Part shown: positions 49,321 through 62,614 of the stretch, in pieces
How positions within the stretch are numbered: position 1 is the stretch's first letter
Layout of the letters: each line of letters starts with the position of its first letter
Origin: Lama glama
Lineage: Eukaryota
DNA length: 64,000 nt
Reading direction: 5' to 3'
Assembly (NCBI GenBank): GCA_028534125.1
Contig: CM052816.1
Span: forward strand, 80,912,001-80,976,000
Program-made: the position numbers and the translations under genes
Notes under the pieces: generated by a model
Seen by the model: only the letters and a program-made list of their open reading frames with translations
What the model was told of the DNA's origin: nothing
The model's database searches: none

Positions 49321-52300
49321 TCTTATTGAGAAAACAAATGTATATCCAGTCTCCTCAGAAATGCTTACATTTTGGTGCCCACCCTTACTTATTTCAGATT
49401 ATGCTCTAAGGAAACACTGGGTCTGAAAAGATGCATCCATTTTTGCTAGGTGGCTTCATTACTAAAGCCAGATCAAAGAAGAGTGTGTGTAGCCAGCATC
49501 CAGTTGTGCCCAAGCCTTTGTGCTCTCTGGTGGGCAGGGGCAGGGGGTGGGAGGAGCATCTGGACTGGTATCAGGTTTATCTTACTGATGGGAAATAGCC
49601 AAAGGAGACTACATGCAGATCAGCATCAGAAAGAGCAATTAAAAATGAAGATGTTCAACTTAGTAGGGAGCGACTTCAATCCATGCATTCTGTGTATTCG
49701 ATTACTCAGAATAGTCTATATCCCACTTATGTTGGTTGAGTAAGCAGACTGTAAAACCATCAAAATCTAGGAAGAAATTTCTTTTAGATAGTCAATATTT
49801 GGACTTATCCATGTCATACTTCCCATCATTTAGAACCAATTATTTAGTGTTGATTATACCATTATGGGTCAAAATTGTTAAATTTAAAATTATTAAAGTA
49901 AACATTCACTCTAATACTTAGTTAAATGGGAATTAATTTATTGAAACTTCAAGAAAAACTGCGGTTTCTCATGCTTTTAGAACTTAAAATGTATATATAA
50001 TGAAACATTCCAGATATAAAAAATGTATAAAGAATAATACAGCAAACGTCGACTGAAAATGTAGCCCTTCAGGGGTCCCACTTTTAATCTGGGGCCTCAG
50101 TTCATTCTCCACATCTCACTGGCCCCCACCCACCCGCCTTTACACCCAAGCTTCTGGGCAAAGAGACTGTCAAATGCCGTGAGCAGCTGAAGATGTGGCA
50201 TCAGTTTCCCACTCTACTTTCTTTGTGAATTTAAATGAGCCATAAACTTAAAAGATGTGTGAAATATTTCATTCAACATTCTACATGTTTTTAGTGGGGA
50301 ATTTTTTCAGGTTATCTAGCCCCCTTATTTTTACTAAAATGTACTCACTATTATGAGTTTGAAGTTTTTTAAAATTTTATTTCATTTATATATTTGTCTG
50401 TCCCCATTAACATATAAATGCAAATAAAGATAAAATTACCATGAGCAGAATTAATATGCTTTAAAAATTATTGTTTAAGGACACAGTTTTCTATGGTAGA
50501 GAGTAGTTTTTGTATTTGAATGTATTTTAATAGTTCCAAAATAATAACTAAAAACAAATTAGTCATTTTGTCGTTACTCAATGAACGTGACCTCTAAATC
50601 CAAACTATCGTATCCCTTTCCAAAGGTCCTCTAGGATATTTCCCCAATTTGTAAATTCCCCGTTCTAGCATAAATTGTCCTTAGAGAATGGAATGTGCAT
50701 GCTAGCAAAGCCATTTAGCCTTTTCCATCTCACCTAAGATATGTTGTATTAATTAGGAAATTCAATCTCTTTCTCTCTGTGTGTGTTTTATCAAAGCTTA
50801 GAAATCCAACACTTTTCTTACCCAAGTGTGATGATTGTGCAGTAAGCAAGTGCTGAATTGGTACTTTTAGTTTCCTGGGATTTGGATGAGCCCTGGTGTT
50901 TCATCAAGTAGTTAATCTCTCATTGGTAATTCTTATCTTCAATAAGAATAGTGACTTACCCTCCTCTGTGTGTGCTCCTGGCCAACTAAAGTCTGATGCC
51001 TCCTGCCACATTTCTCCTTGGAGGGCCTGAGCTCCAGCTATAACACCATGGCATCCCATTCAGAGCTGCCTTGGCCCCTCTGCTTGGGAGGGGGAGAGAG
51101 AGGGTGTTCTATTCAGTTTCAAGGTAAAGAAACTGAGCCTTAAATAGGTTAATTTTTATGAATTCAAATAGTAAATGGTGGAAACAAACTGCAGAGCTCA
51201 TGATGTTTCACTATAGTGCAAACATAAAAATGCAATTTTGGAAAGAGCTGACAGCCAGTAGAGCAGTAACTGCCTTTAAAGGTGTTTGAAGTGGTTAGGC
51301 TTTCAGGGGCTGCTTGTGGGAGACCTAATTTGTTTGGAACCTTGCCTGGTGCATAGTAACTGTTATATTGGTGTTTGCCATTTGCTGCTGCCACAAGTGT
51401 GGACTCTGAGCAGCTTAGGTGTCACAAGTACGTCATAACTATCATGTACACTACTATCTCCTGGATCTAAACTTTTAAGGGACAAGTCCCTTAAAATATA
51501 AGCAATTTTAAGCCAGTGGGAATTTCTGCAAACCGGAGTAGTGGTTCTATGATGCTCAGTGAGGACACAATAATGTCAAGAAATGAAACTATTTAAGTAA
51601 CCCCATCTGTGTAAAGCAAGATTAGATAGATCTCTGTGACACTCGGTAACCTCACTGTTGATCTTTAGCCCTTGATGTGGGCTTCTTTATCTCTGCCCAC
51701 ATGAAGATACCAAGTTATGAGAAGCTTGTGGATTCAGACCAAGACCCACAAAACAAAAAGTATTCCTTTGGAATGTCTATTAAGAAAGAATCTTCTTAGG
51801 AAAATAATAACATAAACAATGTTAAAGCAAAATTAGTTAAAGTTTCCAAAGTAACACATGTTTGAGTATCTTATACTCCTCCAGTAACAATGTAAATAAT
51901 CATATACAATCATGAGATCTGTTTCCTAGACTAGATTCACAGAAGATTTCTACCTAGAAATTCTTCCCATTAGCCTGACTCAACTTTCTTCCTGTTTTTA
52001 CCTTATTAAAATCACAGAGGCTACCATCCCCAAAGTATTTTTTTCATACCCAATCTGAGATTTTTTTAATACAATTAAAATTCTCTCTCTTACTCTCTCT
52101 ACTTTTCTTTCTTTCTTAGGTAATGATTTTATAATGACCATTATAAATATTTTAAGACCTGCTATCTCAAGGATGTGTGTCATAGAAAACTTGTATTATC
52201 AAAGTTTGGGGTAGGGCATTTATAAAATTGGTGAATAAATTAATAACTACTTACTTTGATTCTGTAATATAGAAGCTTATCTAAATGATATGTGTAGGAA

Positions 52301-52759
52301 ATTCATGTTATTAAAGCCTTGGAAAATTAGATAGCTATTTTCTTGATGTGCTGAATTTGAATGTTTGTGAATAAATATCTTTTACAAATGATAATGTCAG
52401 ATGTCTCTGTAAAAAGAAATATACATATTTATATATACATACCTACATACAACTACACACATAGTTTATAAGTTTGGGCCAGGTACAAAGAAACCACTAG
52501 AATATTTCCATAATACCTCTGCCACTTAAAGTTTAAATTTTTCTGTTCTTATTGTGTGAATTTTTTGAGAGGTCTGGCTTAAAACATTTTCTATATGAAG
52601 AAAAAATTTTTGTGTCATCAGTCATAAGTCCACTCAAAGTATGCTGCATGCCTCAAATGGACATTTATTATGTTCCCAGCATACCTTCCATATTTTTCTT
52701 TGGGATCATTGCCCCCATCCCATTCCTTTTCACCTTTGTTCACTGAAGTAACACAGGGT

Positions 52760-53316
52760 CCAGATTGTATCTGCCATTTTCTTTTACGATCCCACAATCT
52801 TGACAAGTAACTCAAACCTGGCTGGTTAGTGTCCTTCCCTAGAAGAATGTCCATGCTCTGCTGCCAGGACAAAGGAGCACGTTCCATGAGTTCTGGTATG
52901 TAGAATGCTATGGACACTTCTGGAAAACCACCTGGCCCACCACTTGCAAAGCAACTCATAGATTAGCAATAGCAGGAATCCCTTACCACTCTCAATGCAG
53001 AGGAAAGAAGTGGATCTAGGGCCACCCATTAGAATGTGGAACCACTGAGGGTCTATCCTGTCCTGCGGGAGCTGGCACTATAAGGAAACACCACTGTTTC
53101 AGGAAATTCCACTGAGGCAGTGGGTTGGGCAGGGGAGGAGGAATCCCTGGTTTCTCCTTCTTTCTTTCTCCCAGTCTCCCACCACAGCCTGATGTTAGCC
53201 AGACACAGAAGGAAGTTAGTTGTCATGGAAGCCTGAAAAAACAGAGTGCCCCCTCCCTTCCACTTCTCCCCCAATACTGGGACAGCAGGGAAAGGGAAAG
53301 CAAGGGATCAGCACAG
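52760..53316. mobile_element. Probable ancient LTR
   Basis: Locally GC-richer block of ~550 bp bounded by tgt...aca with LTR-like texture; family not identified. Confidence 0.35.
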
Positions 53317-54309
53317 TGACCAACTAGGTTTGATAAATGCTAGGTTGAACGAAGAACAATTGATTTCTTAACTATAGGATTTCTCATATCACTATGATTC
53401 TGCACAGAAGGGGTATAGTATGTGGTGGAAAATGGAACACTTATGCCAGAGTATTGCATAGAACAAGGACTATCCTTGAGAAACTCTGTCTTCAACTAGA
53501 CTAACTCAGGAGAACAGGATTGATCTTGTGGAAATTGCTCTGCATTGACTGCAAGAGTAAATGGTCTCCTAAGACACCATACTCTCTTCTTAGGGAAAAC
53601 AAGAAAATTCCAAGTATAAACCAAGATTAGAAAATCTGTGTGGCTTTTTCTCTGCTTCCCATAGGAGTCATTCTGAATTTGTTTTTTATTAGTAATCCTT
53701 GCACTCAAGACCCTGACATTCTGGACTTTGAAGACTCAAACTAGAGATGAAACAATCAAGAAAAACTACCCTCTTCAATGGCATTATTTGGAGGAAATCT
53801 AGATTCTTATGGGCTCTTTACATTTGTTTCCAGCTGGTATAAACCAAGGTGGTTTGCCAAGACTGTTCCATCTGCCAGACATTCAAAAGGCTGGCAAAGA
53901 CCAGACATTCTCAAGTGGTGGAAGAGGCAATGAAAATAAAGGGACGCACAAAGCCTGATGTTTTTCTGCATGCCTCTCTCACCATAGACACTTAGAAAAA
54001 CAAAAACAAAAAGTAATTACTGAAAGCTATCACGGCACAATTTCCTGAGTCACTGAATTAAGATTTTTTTTTTAAATAGACCTGTTTATTTCTAGAGGAC
54101 TGTTGATTTTTAATAGAGATGTTACTATTCGAATCCAAGTGGGTTTTTTTTTGTCCACTTATAAATTCAATGCTAAGGCAGTGTCAAATAGCAAGTAGCT
54201 CTGTATCAGACACAAAGAAATAGTAAGAAAAAAGACGGTCGAAAGGCACTCTGAGCTTTGTGAGAGCTCCTAGTTGATGAATTCATGTGCTGAAGATGCT
54301 GCAAAACAC

Positions 54310-54500
54310 TTTCAAACTTGGAATCAAGACAGATTTCATCCTGGCCCCCCTGCTTAGTAGCTGCACGACCTGGGCTGGTCACTTATTGTTTCTGATCTCC
54401 GGTTCCCTCCTCTGGAAAATGAGAATGAATATGCATGTCCTGTATCCCTTAGGTCATCACTGAGAGACAAAAATGAGATCATGTCTGGGAAAATACTTCT
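54310..54500 (+). mobile_element. MIR SINE
   Basis: ttggaatcaagacag...cttagtagctgcacgacctgggc...ttccctcctctggaaaatgagaat. Confidence 0.75.
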
Positions 54501-55254
54501 AAATTATCAGCTACTTCTCTGTAGAAGAGGATGGCCAGAGAAGGATGTACACTTTCTCCGGAATTACGCCAGAGGCCTTAACGTGCTAAGATACCTAACA
54601 AGTGAAATCAGACTTCTTTCCTATTCCTCAGAGACTTAAGTTTTCTATGAGTAACTCATAGAATTAGTGCTCCACTGGAAATGCAATCTGATTTGCGTAG
54701 CATCAGCATTGAGAAGCCCCTTGGAGGCCAAGGGCGTTTCCTCTTTCACACTGCTGTGAACAGCACTCATGTGGTCCTGGAAATTACTGCAGTATCTTAC
54801 ATCTCCAGACTGCAGGGTTTTTATCTGATTTACCTAGACATTACCTTCCCCATATCTCTGCTTGTGGACTATTCTCTCCTGCCCAAGCCACATTCTTGGC
54901 AGTAAACATCAAGCGAATTGCTAGTCCTTCACATATGATGCTCCAAGCCCTCTGAGTACCAGCATTTCATTAAACAGAGTTCCTCTAGTCTTAGCAAAAT
55001 GACAGTGGGTCACACTATAAAGATGGAATTTTCCCAGAAAACCTGAGTCATAGAATAACAGCAGCATTGACTTCAGAAATAATCATCCCAATGGTTTATA
55101 AGCCTTTTTAATAGGACATGCTTTTTATAAAATGAAATTGTGGGTAGATCACCATATATAAAATAAATTTAATCAAAACTGCTTTGGTTGAAGAGGGAGG
55201 CAAAAACCCCAACATGGTACTCAGTCATCTTGTTTTTTGTAGATACTAAGGTTC

Positions 55255-55900
55255 CACTAAACCATTTGAAAACCATTCTGTGTAGTCCAATCTCCTCTTC
55301 CCTCCGGTGTTTCACTCCCTTCTACAATAACTACCATCGGGTTGTTCAACCTTTCATCACTTCCGGTGATGTCTCCCTTCCCAGGGAAAGCCATCTTATT
55401 TTTGGATAGCTTTAACTGTTTATTTAGAAAGTTCATTTGTATGTTTTCTTGATTACCTCGTAACTTCTATTTGTTGAACCTAGAACAAAATTAGATTGTG
55501 CTCTATTCTGTGTGTTTTAGTCAATGATCATATTCCTCTGAAAACTTTTTTTTTACAAACTAAACATCTCTGAGTTTTCAAATTTCTCATAATGTGAGAA
55601 TATGTGGTACTAATCTCTTTATTCAAATCACTTTCCTTTAGGTTTGCTTCTGTTTGTCAGTGTCAGTTTTAATTTGTATGCCCAGAACTGTGAACAGTAA
55701 TTCCTATCTTGATTGCAACCATCAACTCTCTCCTTTTGAACATTCTATTCCAATGTGGCCTATAATTACATTTGATTTGGAGGAGACTCATGGAGCTTAG
55801 TCAACTAAACCCCAATATTCTTGAATATGCTACTACAGAGCAACAGCTCTCATATTTTAAACTTGTAGAAATGTCTTATGGCTCCAAGTGATTATTTTCC
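55255..55900 (-). mobile_element. CR1/L3 LINE fragment
   Basis: tagtccaatctcct...cccttctacaa...ttggatagctttaactgtt...agaaagttc...gtaacttc...aactaaacatctc...tgcccagaactg follows the antisense L3 3' region. Confidence 0.7.
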
Positions 55901-58199
55901 TTTGCTGTATCTCATGAAGTCAGTCACATGGTTTTGTTAGATTTACAAGTTCTTGTCATTTATAGGATCTAGTTTGTGGAATTTTGTAGTCGATGACTGC
56001 TTATTTGTTCACATTTTATTCTATCAATCACACAGACACCATCTTCTTAATAATGTCCTGTAGATCTTTATTCATATAAATTTTGTTGCAAAGTTGATTA
56101 TTTTAGACCCAACTATGTAATCATGACCACCCATTTATATCTGACATAAAGAACTTCCTGGCATCAGTAACTACGGTGATAATCTGATAAATTGTAGAAT
56201 TTTTAAGGTTTGGAGAGGGCTGACTATAAGCCTGAAAGGGTAGGAAACCTACTAAGTTGATTATACTCCCATGGTTCTATGTGTCTGTAATTTCAGAAAT
56301 CTTTCCCCAAACCAGGGTTTTATCTGCTGTTAAACAGATGAACTTTAAAGTACCATAAGATCAGTCTGAATTTTCATTCTTCCCTAGGAATATTCTCAAC
56401 CTTGTGGGTTTCTGTGTGTGTGCCAGATACTTTACCTTCCTTGAACATATTTTCATGTGGTTTTGTAATATTTATTCAACATTATTTTCCATTAGCTCTC
56501 TATTTTTAATTGTTGCTAACCATTCCAGTGTGTAGGTATTACATGGTGCAGAGCTGAATTGTCCACGTTGATGTCTAAGGAGACCATGACCCATTTTATT
56601 TGCTGCATGGTCAGCCCCAGTATTCATGGCAGGTTTTCTGAATATTTCTTATGAAGTCTTTAAGCACATGTAATTCTGAAAACACATTCCCATTCAGTAA
56701 GACCTATACAGGATGGTAAGCCCAACATGGTAAAAGGTTTCTAAAAAATTCCATAAACATTAAGCATATTTATGTCATAGCATTAAGTTTGGTCAGTTGA
56801 AACTTACTGTATTGTAGTATAAGAGGCATTTTGTTTGCTTGTGTTTACTTTCCCAGGAGTAAATGCATTTTGGTTAACCACAATGGCAAACTTAGTCAAG
56901 ACATTTATGTCAACAAATCCTACTGCTTAACAAAGTCACATTCTTAGTTTCTAGGACAGCAGACTGGATTCTAAGTAATAAGGTGTTTATAAGGTGTGCT
57001 GTAAATCTGGGACTATAAACATGACTACTTTTCTGTCAAACCTGCTGCTGTGCAGAGGTACAATAAGCTCCTTTTCAGTTTTATGGTGGCCAGTATGTTA
57101 GCTTGCCAGTCTTGATTGCTGTTGATTCTACTGTTCCCAAAGTCTCCTGCCAAGCTTTTGACCCAAGTCACGATCTCTGGTGATGTCATAATGCTGCTAA
57201 GAATTTGCTCATTCACTGTACCTGCAGGGATGCCCCAAGAGTCACATACCTTCCCGGTTAGTCACACACTAATTGAAGAATAACATCTTGAAAAATCAGG
57301 GCCTCTCCTTCCCCTGATTTCAAATGTATCACATTTTTAGATCTTTCATAATAAGCTTATAGATATAGTAAGATGACTATCACCTTTACAGAAATAATTT
57401 TTCATAAGACTTTTTCTCAAGCGTTAACAGTACTAACTTTGTTTTTTTGCCAAAAGCAAAATTTTCTCTGCATTCATAAGCAAAATCTATTTCAATTCAA
57501 CACATATTTATGAAACACAGAGCCTGGTATTTGAAATTATCACTATGGTTACTGATGTCAAACAACTGGAGGTTAAAAGAGGTGAAACTGTTAGTAGATC
57601 TGGGTATTTATTACATGATGTCAAATATAGCTATTTGGAAAAAATCTGATCAATTTTAAGTTCTTCACTTTTTACTCAAATATTGTATATTTATATAGAT
57701 ATACTTTGCATCTTGCCTTACTTTACACTTTAATCCCCTTACCCAACGTGCTCTTGGAATAATGTTCCATAGATCCTGTTAGACAAATATAAAAACAAAA
57801 ACAAGCAACAAAACCTCAACAGAAATTCTTTTAAATCCACTGTGTTTGAGCTCAGTCCAAAACAAATAGGTCATGTATTTGTATAATTTTTGTTTCTCAG
57901 ATGAACACTACCAAGATAACATCGATATTTTAACCAGGTATGAACAATGCCCCAAATACAAACAACTAAAAACCACAACTTAATTTCTCATGTTTATCCA
58001 GGTCAGAATGTTTCCTCTGACATTTTATATTTAATAAAAGAGTGTCTTTTTGGTAGAAGAAGATTTTCTTTTACCTTCAGGAAGCACATCAGCAAATAAA
58101 ATCTTTAACCAAGGATTTAGAGGCCATTTCTGGATGGTTCTTTGAGTTATTCTGTCCATAATCATGTACCTACACATTTGACATTCAATTTGACAATTA

Positions 58200-58410
58200 A
58201 CATAAATTAGGCAAAAAAAATTTCCTTAAACCGTTTTTTAAACTTCAGCGATAGACATTTTGCAAAAGAAAAAAGTTCTTGTGGAACCGCCGACATTAAA
58301 CTATTTTTTATCATAATGTTAATTAAACCTATTGATTTTATATAATAAAACCTAAATAAATATAAAAGCAAAAATAAACTCAAAAAACCCATAAAATTCT
58401 ATATTAATTT
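58200..58410. other. Compositionally foreign ~200-bp AT-rich, CpG-undepleted segment (prokaryote-like leader/promoter DNA?)
   Basis: By my count 58201-58400 has 47 G+C in 200 nt (30 C, 17 G) and 4 CpG (58232, 58249, 58288, 58291), observed/expected ~1.6. IHF-like aatcaataggttt on the minus strand at 58325-58337. No match to any mammalian repeat I recognise. Confidence 0.45.
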
Positions 58411-58579
58411 AATGTGAGTTATATGGTTGCATTAGTGATACAAAATTACTGCTTAACCTATGAATATGATAAACTTTTTGATAACACTTGACTCTATGCT
58501 TCATAAGAACAGATTCACATCTAGTTTTCTCACCATTGTGAGATCTTAGGAAGTGTATGAGGAGAATATGAGGTAATAG

Positions 58580-59335
58580 TCTTTATCAATATGAACAATT
58601 TTTAAAATACTGAGCAAACCAAAGATGTAAAATACCCTTACACTGAAAACTACAAAACCAATAATGTTATTGAGAGAAATTAAGAGGAGCTAAATACCAT
58701 GTTCATGGATGAGAAGATTCAATGTGTAAAGATGTCAGTGTACTCTTAAACCAATATATCAATTCAGTGTAATCCACTCAAAGTCGTCCAAAAAGTGACT
58801 TCTTTGCAAGAATTGATAAGATGATTTTAAAGTTCATATGTAAATGTAAATACTTATGAACCAACAAGGAAATCTTTAAGAACAATGAATTTAAAAACTG
58901 GAGGCATGACTAACATTTCAAGACTCAATACAAACTATATTAATTAGAAAAGTATGTGGCATTGATGAAATTATAGGAAATCTGAGAAACAGAACAGAAC
59001 AGAGAGTCCATAAACAAAGTAACATATGTACATTCACCTGATTTATGACAAAGGTAACACTGCAGTGAAGTAAGGAAAGTGTGGTCTTTTCAGTAAGTAG
59101 TGCTGGGTCAATTCCATCTCTACACCAAAAAATGTTTTTTGACCCCTACTTTGTACTATATACAAAATTAATGCCAGATTGATTGCAGATCTAAATGTGA
59201 AAGGTAGAAGAAACAGAGTCGTTTAAGTGAAAACAAAGATATTCTCTTTGATACCTTGGAATAGTCAAAGATTGTTTAAATAGGATACTAAAAGCTCTAA
59301 CCATTAAAAAATGATAATCTGTAGATCTACAGTAA
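58580..59335 (+). mobile_element. Old L1 ORF2 fragment (post-RT region)
   Basis: aaagatgtaaaatacccttacactgaaaactacaaaac...ataccatgttcatggatgagaagattcaat...gatttatgacaaagg...gatctaaatgtgaaagg. Confidence 0.85.
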
Positions 59336-61624
59336 AACAAAAACAATTAAAACATAATGATGCCTGCTCCTGGAATAAATTGAGCAATAGGGACCAGATT
59401 TACCTTCCCATCTCAAACAACAACAACAGTTTCATATATTCTGTTATATGAAACTACTGTTGTTGAGACACCAGAAATCAGGACACAAAGTCCAATGACC
59501 TCTGGGAGATGGAGAGTAAGTGAAGCAAGCCTTACTATTGCCCTAGTTTACTCCCTTGAGAGAGTTTACAGTCTTTAGTGCAAGGTGAGGGAACCCAGGT
59601 GGGGCCCAGCAGACTCCCTGAGTTGAGAAACAGAACTAAGTGTCCAGGAGACCAAGGAGGCTAGAGTTTACAGTAGGACAGAGTGCTGAACAGGACAGAA
59701 CTGCACAGAGCTGTAATTCTGGAGATAGGTATTTGACTGAGTACTGACTGGTTTATGTATGTAAGGAAACTATCTGAATCCAGGAAAAGAATTAAGAGAG
59801 AATATTAGAGTATAGTGCCCATCACTTATACAAGGTCAGAATAGTGCCTGTTTGCACTAGCCAGAATGGCAAACCTGATGATTCACAAGATATGGGAAAT
59901 ATGGGAAATAACTCAAAATGGAGTTGCTTCAGTGAACGGAGAGAAATTTAGAATTAGCGCCAGACTAAATGCTACTCTCATCCTGCTTAACAACTCTTAA
60001 AAGCAAACTCAAAGGGGTCAAACTGTTTCCAAGTAATTTAAATGCAAAGCTTAAGAATATTCACTGGAATACAAAAATATCCACAAACCCAAGAAGGTAA
60101 GATCACAAGGCCAATTGAATTGATACCTAATTAAAGATTACTAGGCATACAAAGAATCAGGAAAATACATCCCATAATAAGGACAAAAATCAACCAACTG
60201 AAACCAACTCAGACTGACACAGATGTTAGAATTAGTAGACGGGCATTAAAAAGTTACTATTACAACTGTATTCCAGATGTTTATTAAAAAATCATCAGTG
60301 GGATGTGGGACAAGTTCAAGCAGCCTAATATATGTATAACTTGAGTCTCCAAAGAAAGGTGAATGGCACAGATATAGTTTAAAAATTAATGCCCAAAAAT
60401 GTTCCAGATGTGATGAAAAACTATAACCCATAGATCCAAGAAGCTCTCTAAACCCTGAGCACAAGAAGCATGAAGAAAACTACACTAAGGCACATCATGA
60501 TCAAATTGCTTAAAACCAGTGAGAAAACCAATGAGAAAGAGAAAATCCTAAAGGCAATCATAATAATAAACAACATGTTATATACAGAAAAACACAGATA
60601 AGGATGACAACAGATTTCTCACTAGAAACAATATGAGAAAAAAGGTAAGCTACATCTTTAAAGTACTAGAAGAAAAAATCTGTTAAGTTACAGATTTATA
60701 CACAGCAAAAACATCTTTTATAAGAAATATTTATCACTAGCAGATCTTTAGATAATAGAAGAATAATACTGAATAGAAATCTAGATCTACACAAAGGAAT
60801 AAATGAAGAGCATCATAATAACTACATGATAAACAAGTGGTAAATAAGTAATATTTTTCTTGTTATTATTCATCATTATCATTAAATATTAATATGATAA
60901 CAGTGTCTTCTGGGGTGCATATGTATCAATAAAATATGTAACAAATAAACATTTAAGCGAGGAAGAGACAAATGAAAATACACTACAGAGCAGTTCTTAT
61001 AATACATGTGATGTAGTATAATATTCCTTAAAAGTATATTGTGATCAGTTAAAGATGTATACTATAAACCGTAAAGCAACCACCTATATGATGAAACAGT
61101 TATAGTTAATAAGCCAAAAAAAGAGATAAAATGGAATCACTTAAAAAGACTCAATAAAAAGATTAATCAAAAGGCAAAAATTTTCATATTGGATTTTAAA
61201 AAAATCAATACTCAACTATATACTGCTTGTGAAAAATCATTTGAAATGTGAAGACACAAATAGTTAAAAGTAAAAGGATGAAAAAGATATACCACACTGA
61301 AAGTAATAAAAAATAAAAAAGCTAGAATGGCTGTAGTTATATCAGAGAAATTAGATTTTAGAGCAACGAATATTTCCATGGATAAAGGTCACTTTATAAT
61401 GTTAAAGCAGTCAAAGAGGACACAACAATTCTAAACATATACCTGCCTAATAAAAGAGCCGCAAAACACATGTAGAAATAGACAAATTCACGAACAGAAA
61501 TTTCAATAATGATGTCTCAATATTTGATAGAACAAGTAGACAGAAAGTCAACAAAGATATAGAAGATTTTCATAATATTAAAACTGACTTGATTTAATTA
61601 ACATTTTAAAACACTCTACTTAGC

Positions 61625-62574
61625 CCATAAATAAACTCATACATATAATCAACTAATGTTTGACAAAGGAGGCAAGAATATACAGTGGAGAAAAAGCGTC
61701 TCTTTGGCAAGTTGTGCTGGGAAAACTGGAGAGCTGCATGTAAATCAGTGAAGTTAGAACACTTCCTCACATCATAGGCAAAAATAAACTCAAAATGACT
61801 TAAATTGTTAAACATAAGACAGGACATCATAAATCTCCTAGAAGAGAACATAGACAAAGCATTCTCTGATATGAATCATAGCAATGTTTTCCTAGGTCAG
61901 TCTACCAAGGCAATAGAAATAAAAGCAAAAATAAACAAGTTAGACCTAATTAAATGTATAAGCTTTTGCACAGCAAAGGAAACCATAAACAAAACAAAAA
62001 GACACCCTATGGAATGGGAGAAAATATTTGAAAACAATGTGACTGACAGAGACTTAACTTCCAAATAGCTCATATAACTCAATAACAAAAAACAAACAAC
62101 CCAACCAAAAAATGGGCAGAAGACCTGAACAGACATTTCTTCAATGAAGACATATAAATGGCCAATATTCACATGAAAAGATGTTCTGCATCACTAACTA
62201 TCAGAGAAATGCCAATCAAAACTACAATGAGGTATCACCTCACACCAGTCAAATGGCCATTTAAAAATTCCACAAATGATAAATGCTGGAGAGAGTGTGG
62301 AGAAAAAGGAACCCTCCTATACTAGGAATGTAATTTGGTGCAGCCCACTACGGAAAACAGTATGGAGAATCCTTAAAAAACTAAAACTAGAGTTATTATA
62401 TAATCCAGCAATCCAACTTTCGGGTATATTTAGAGAAAATTCTAATTGGAAAAGATACATGCACTCCAGTATTCACCATAGCAGCACTATTAGCAATAGC
62501 CAAGACATGGAAGCAACTTAAATGTCCATCAACAAATGATTGGATAAAGACGTTGTGTTGTGTATGTGTGTGTG

Positions 62575-62614
<40 letters not shown>

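Noticed and set aside
57025..57216. 63-aa minus-strand ORF preceded by a cctgcag acceptor-like site
   Set aside because: Poor polypyrimidine tract and unrecognised peptide; not supportable as a CDS.
58207..58392. 61-aa ORF MGFLSLFLLLYLFRF... as a membrane peptide
   Set aside because: The F/L/I/K bias follows from extreme AT content; no recognisable homology.
57500..58600. CRISPR array next to the leader-like island
   Set aside because: I looked for regularly spaced 25-40 bp repeats on both sides. Only short chance repeats occur (tgatgtcaaa twice, atttgaca twice), and there are no cas-like ORFs anywhere in the window.
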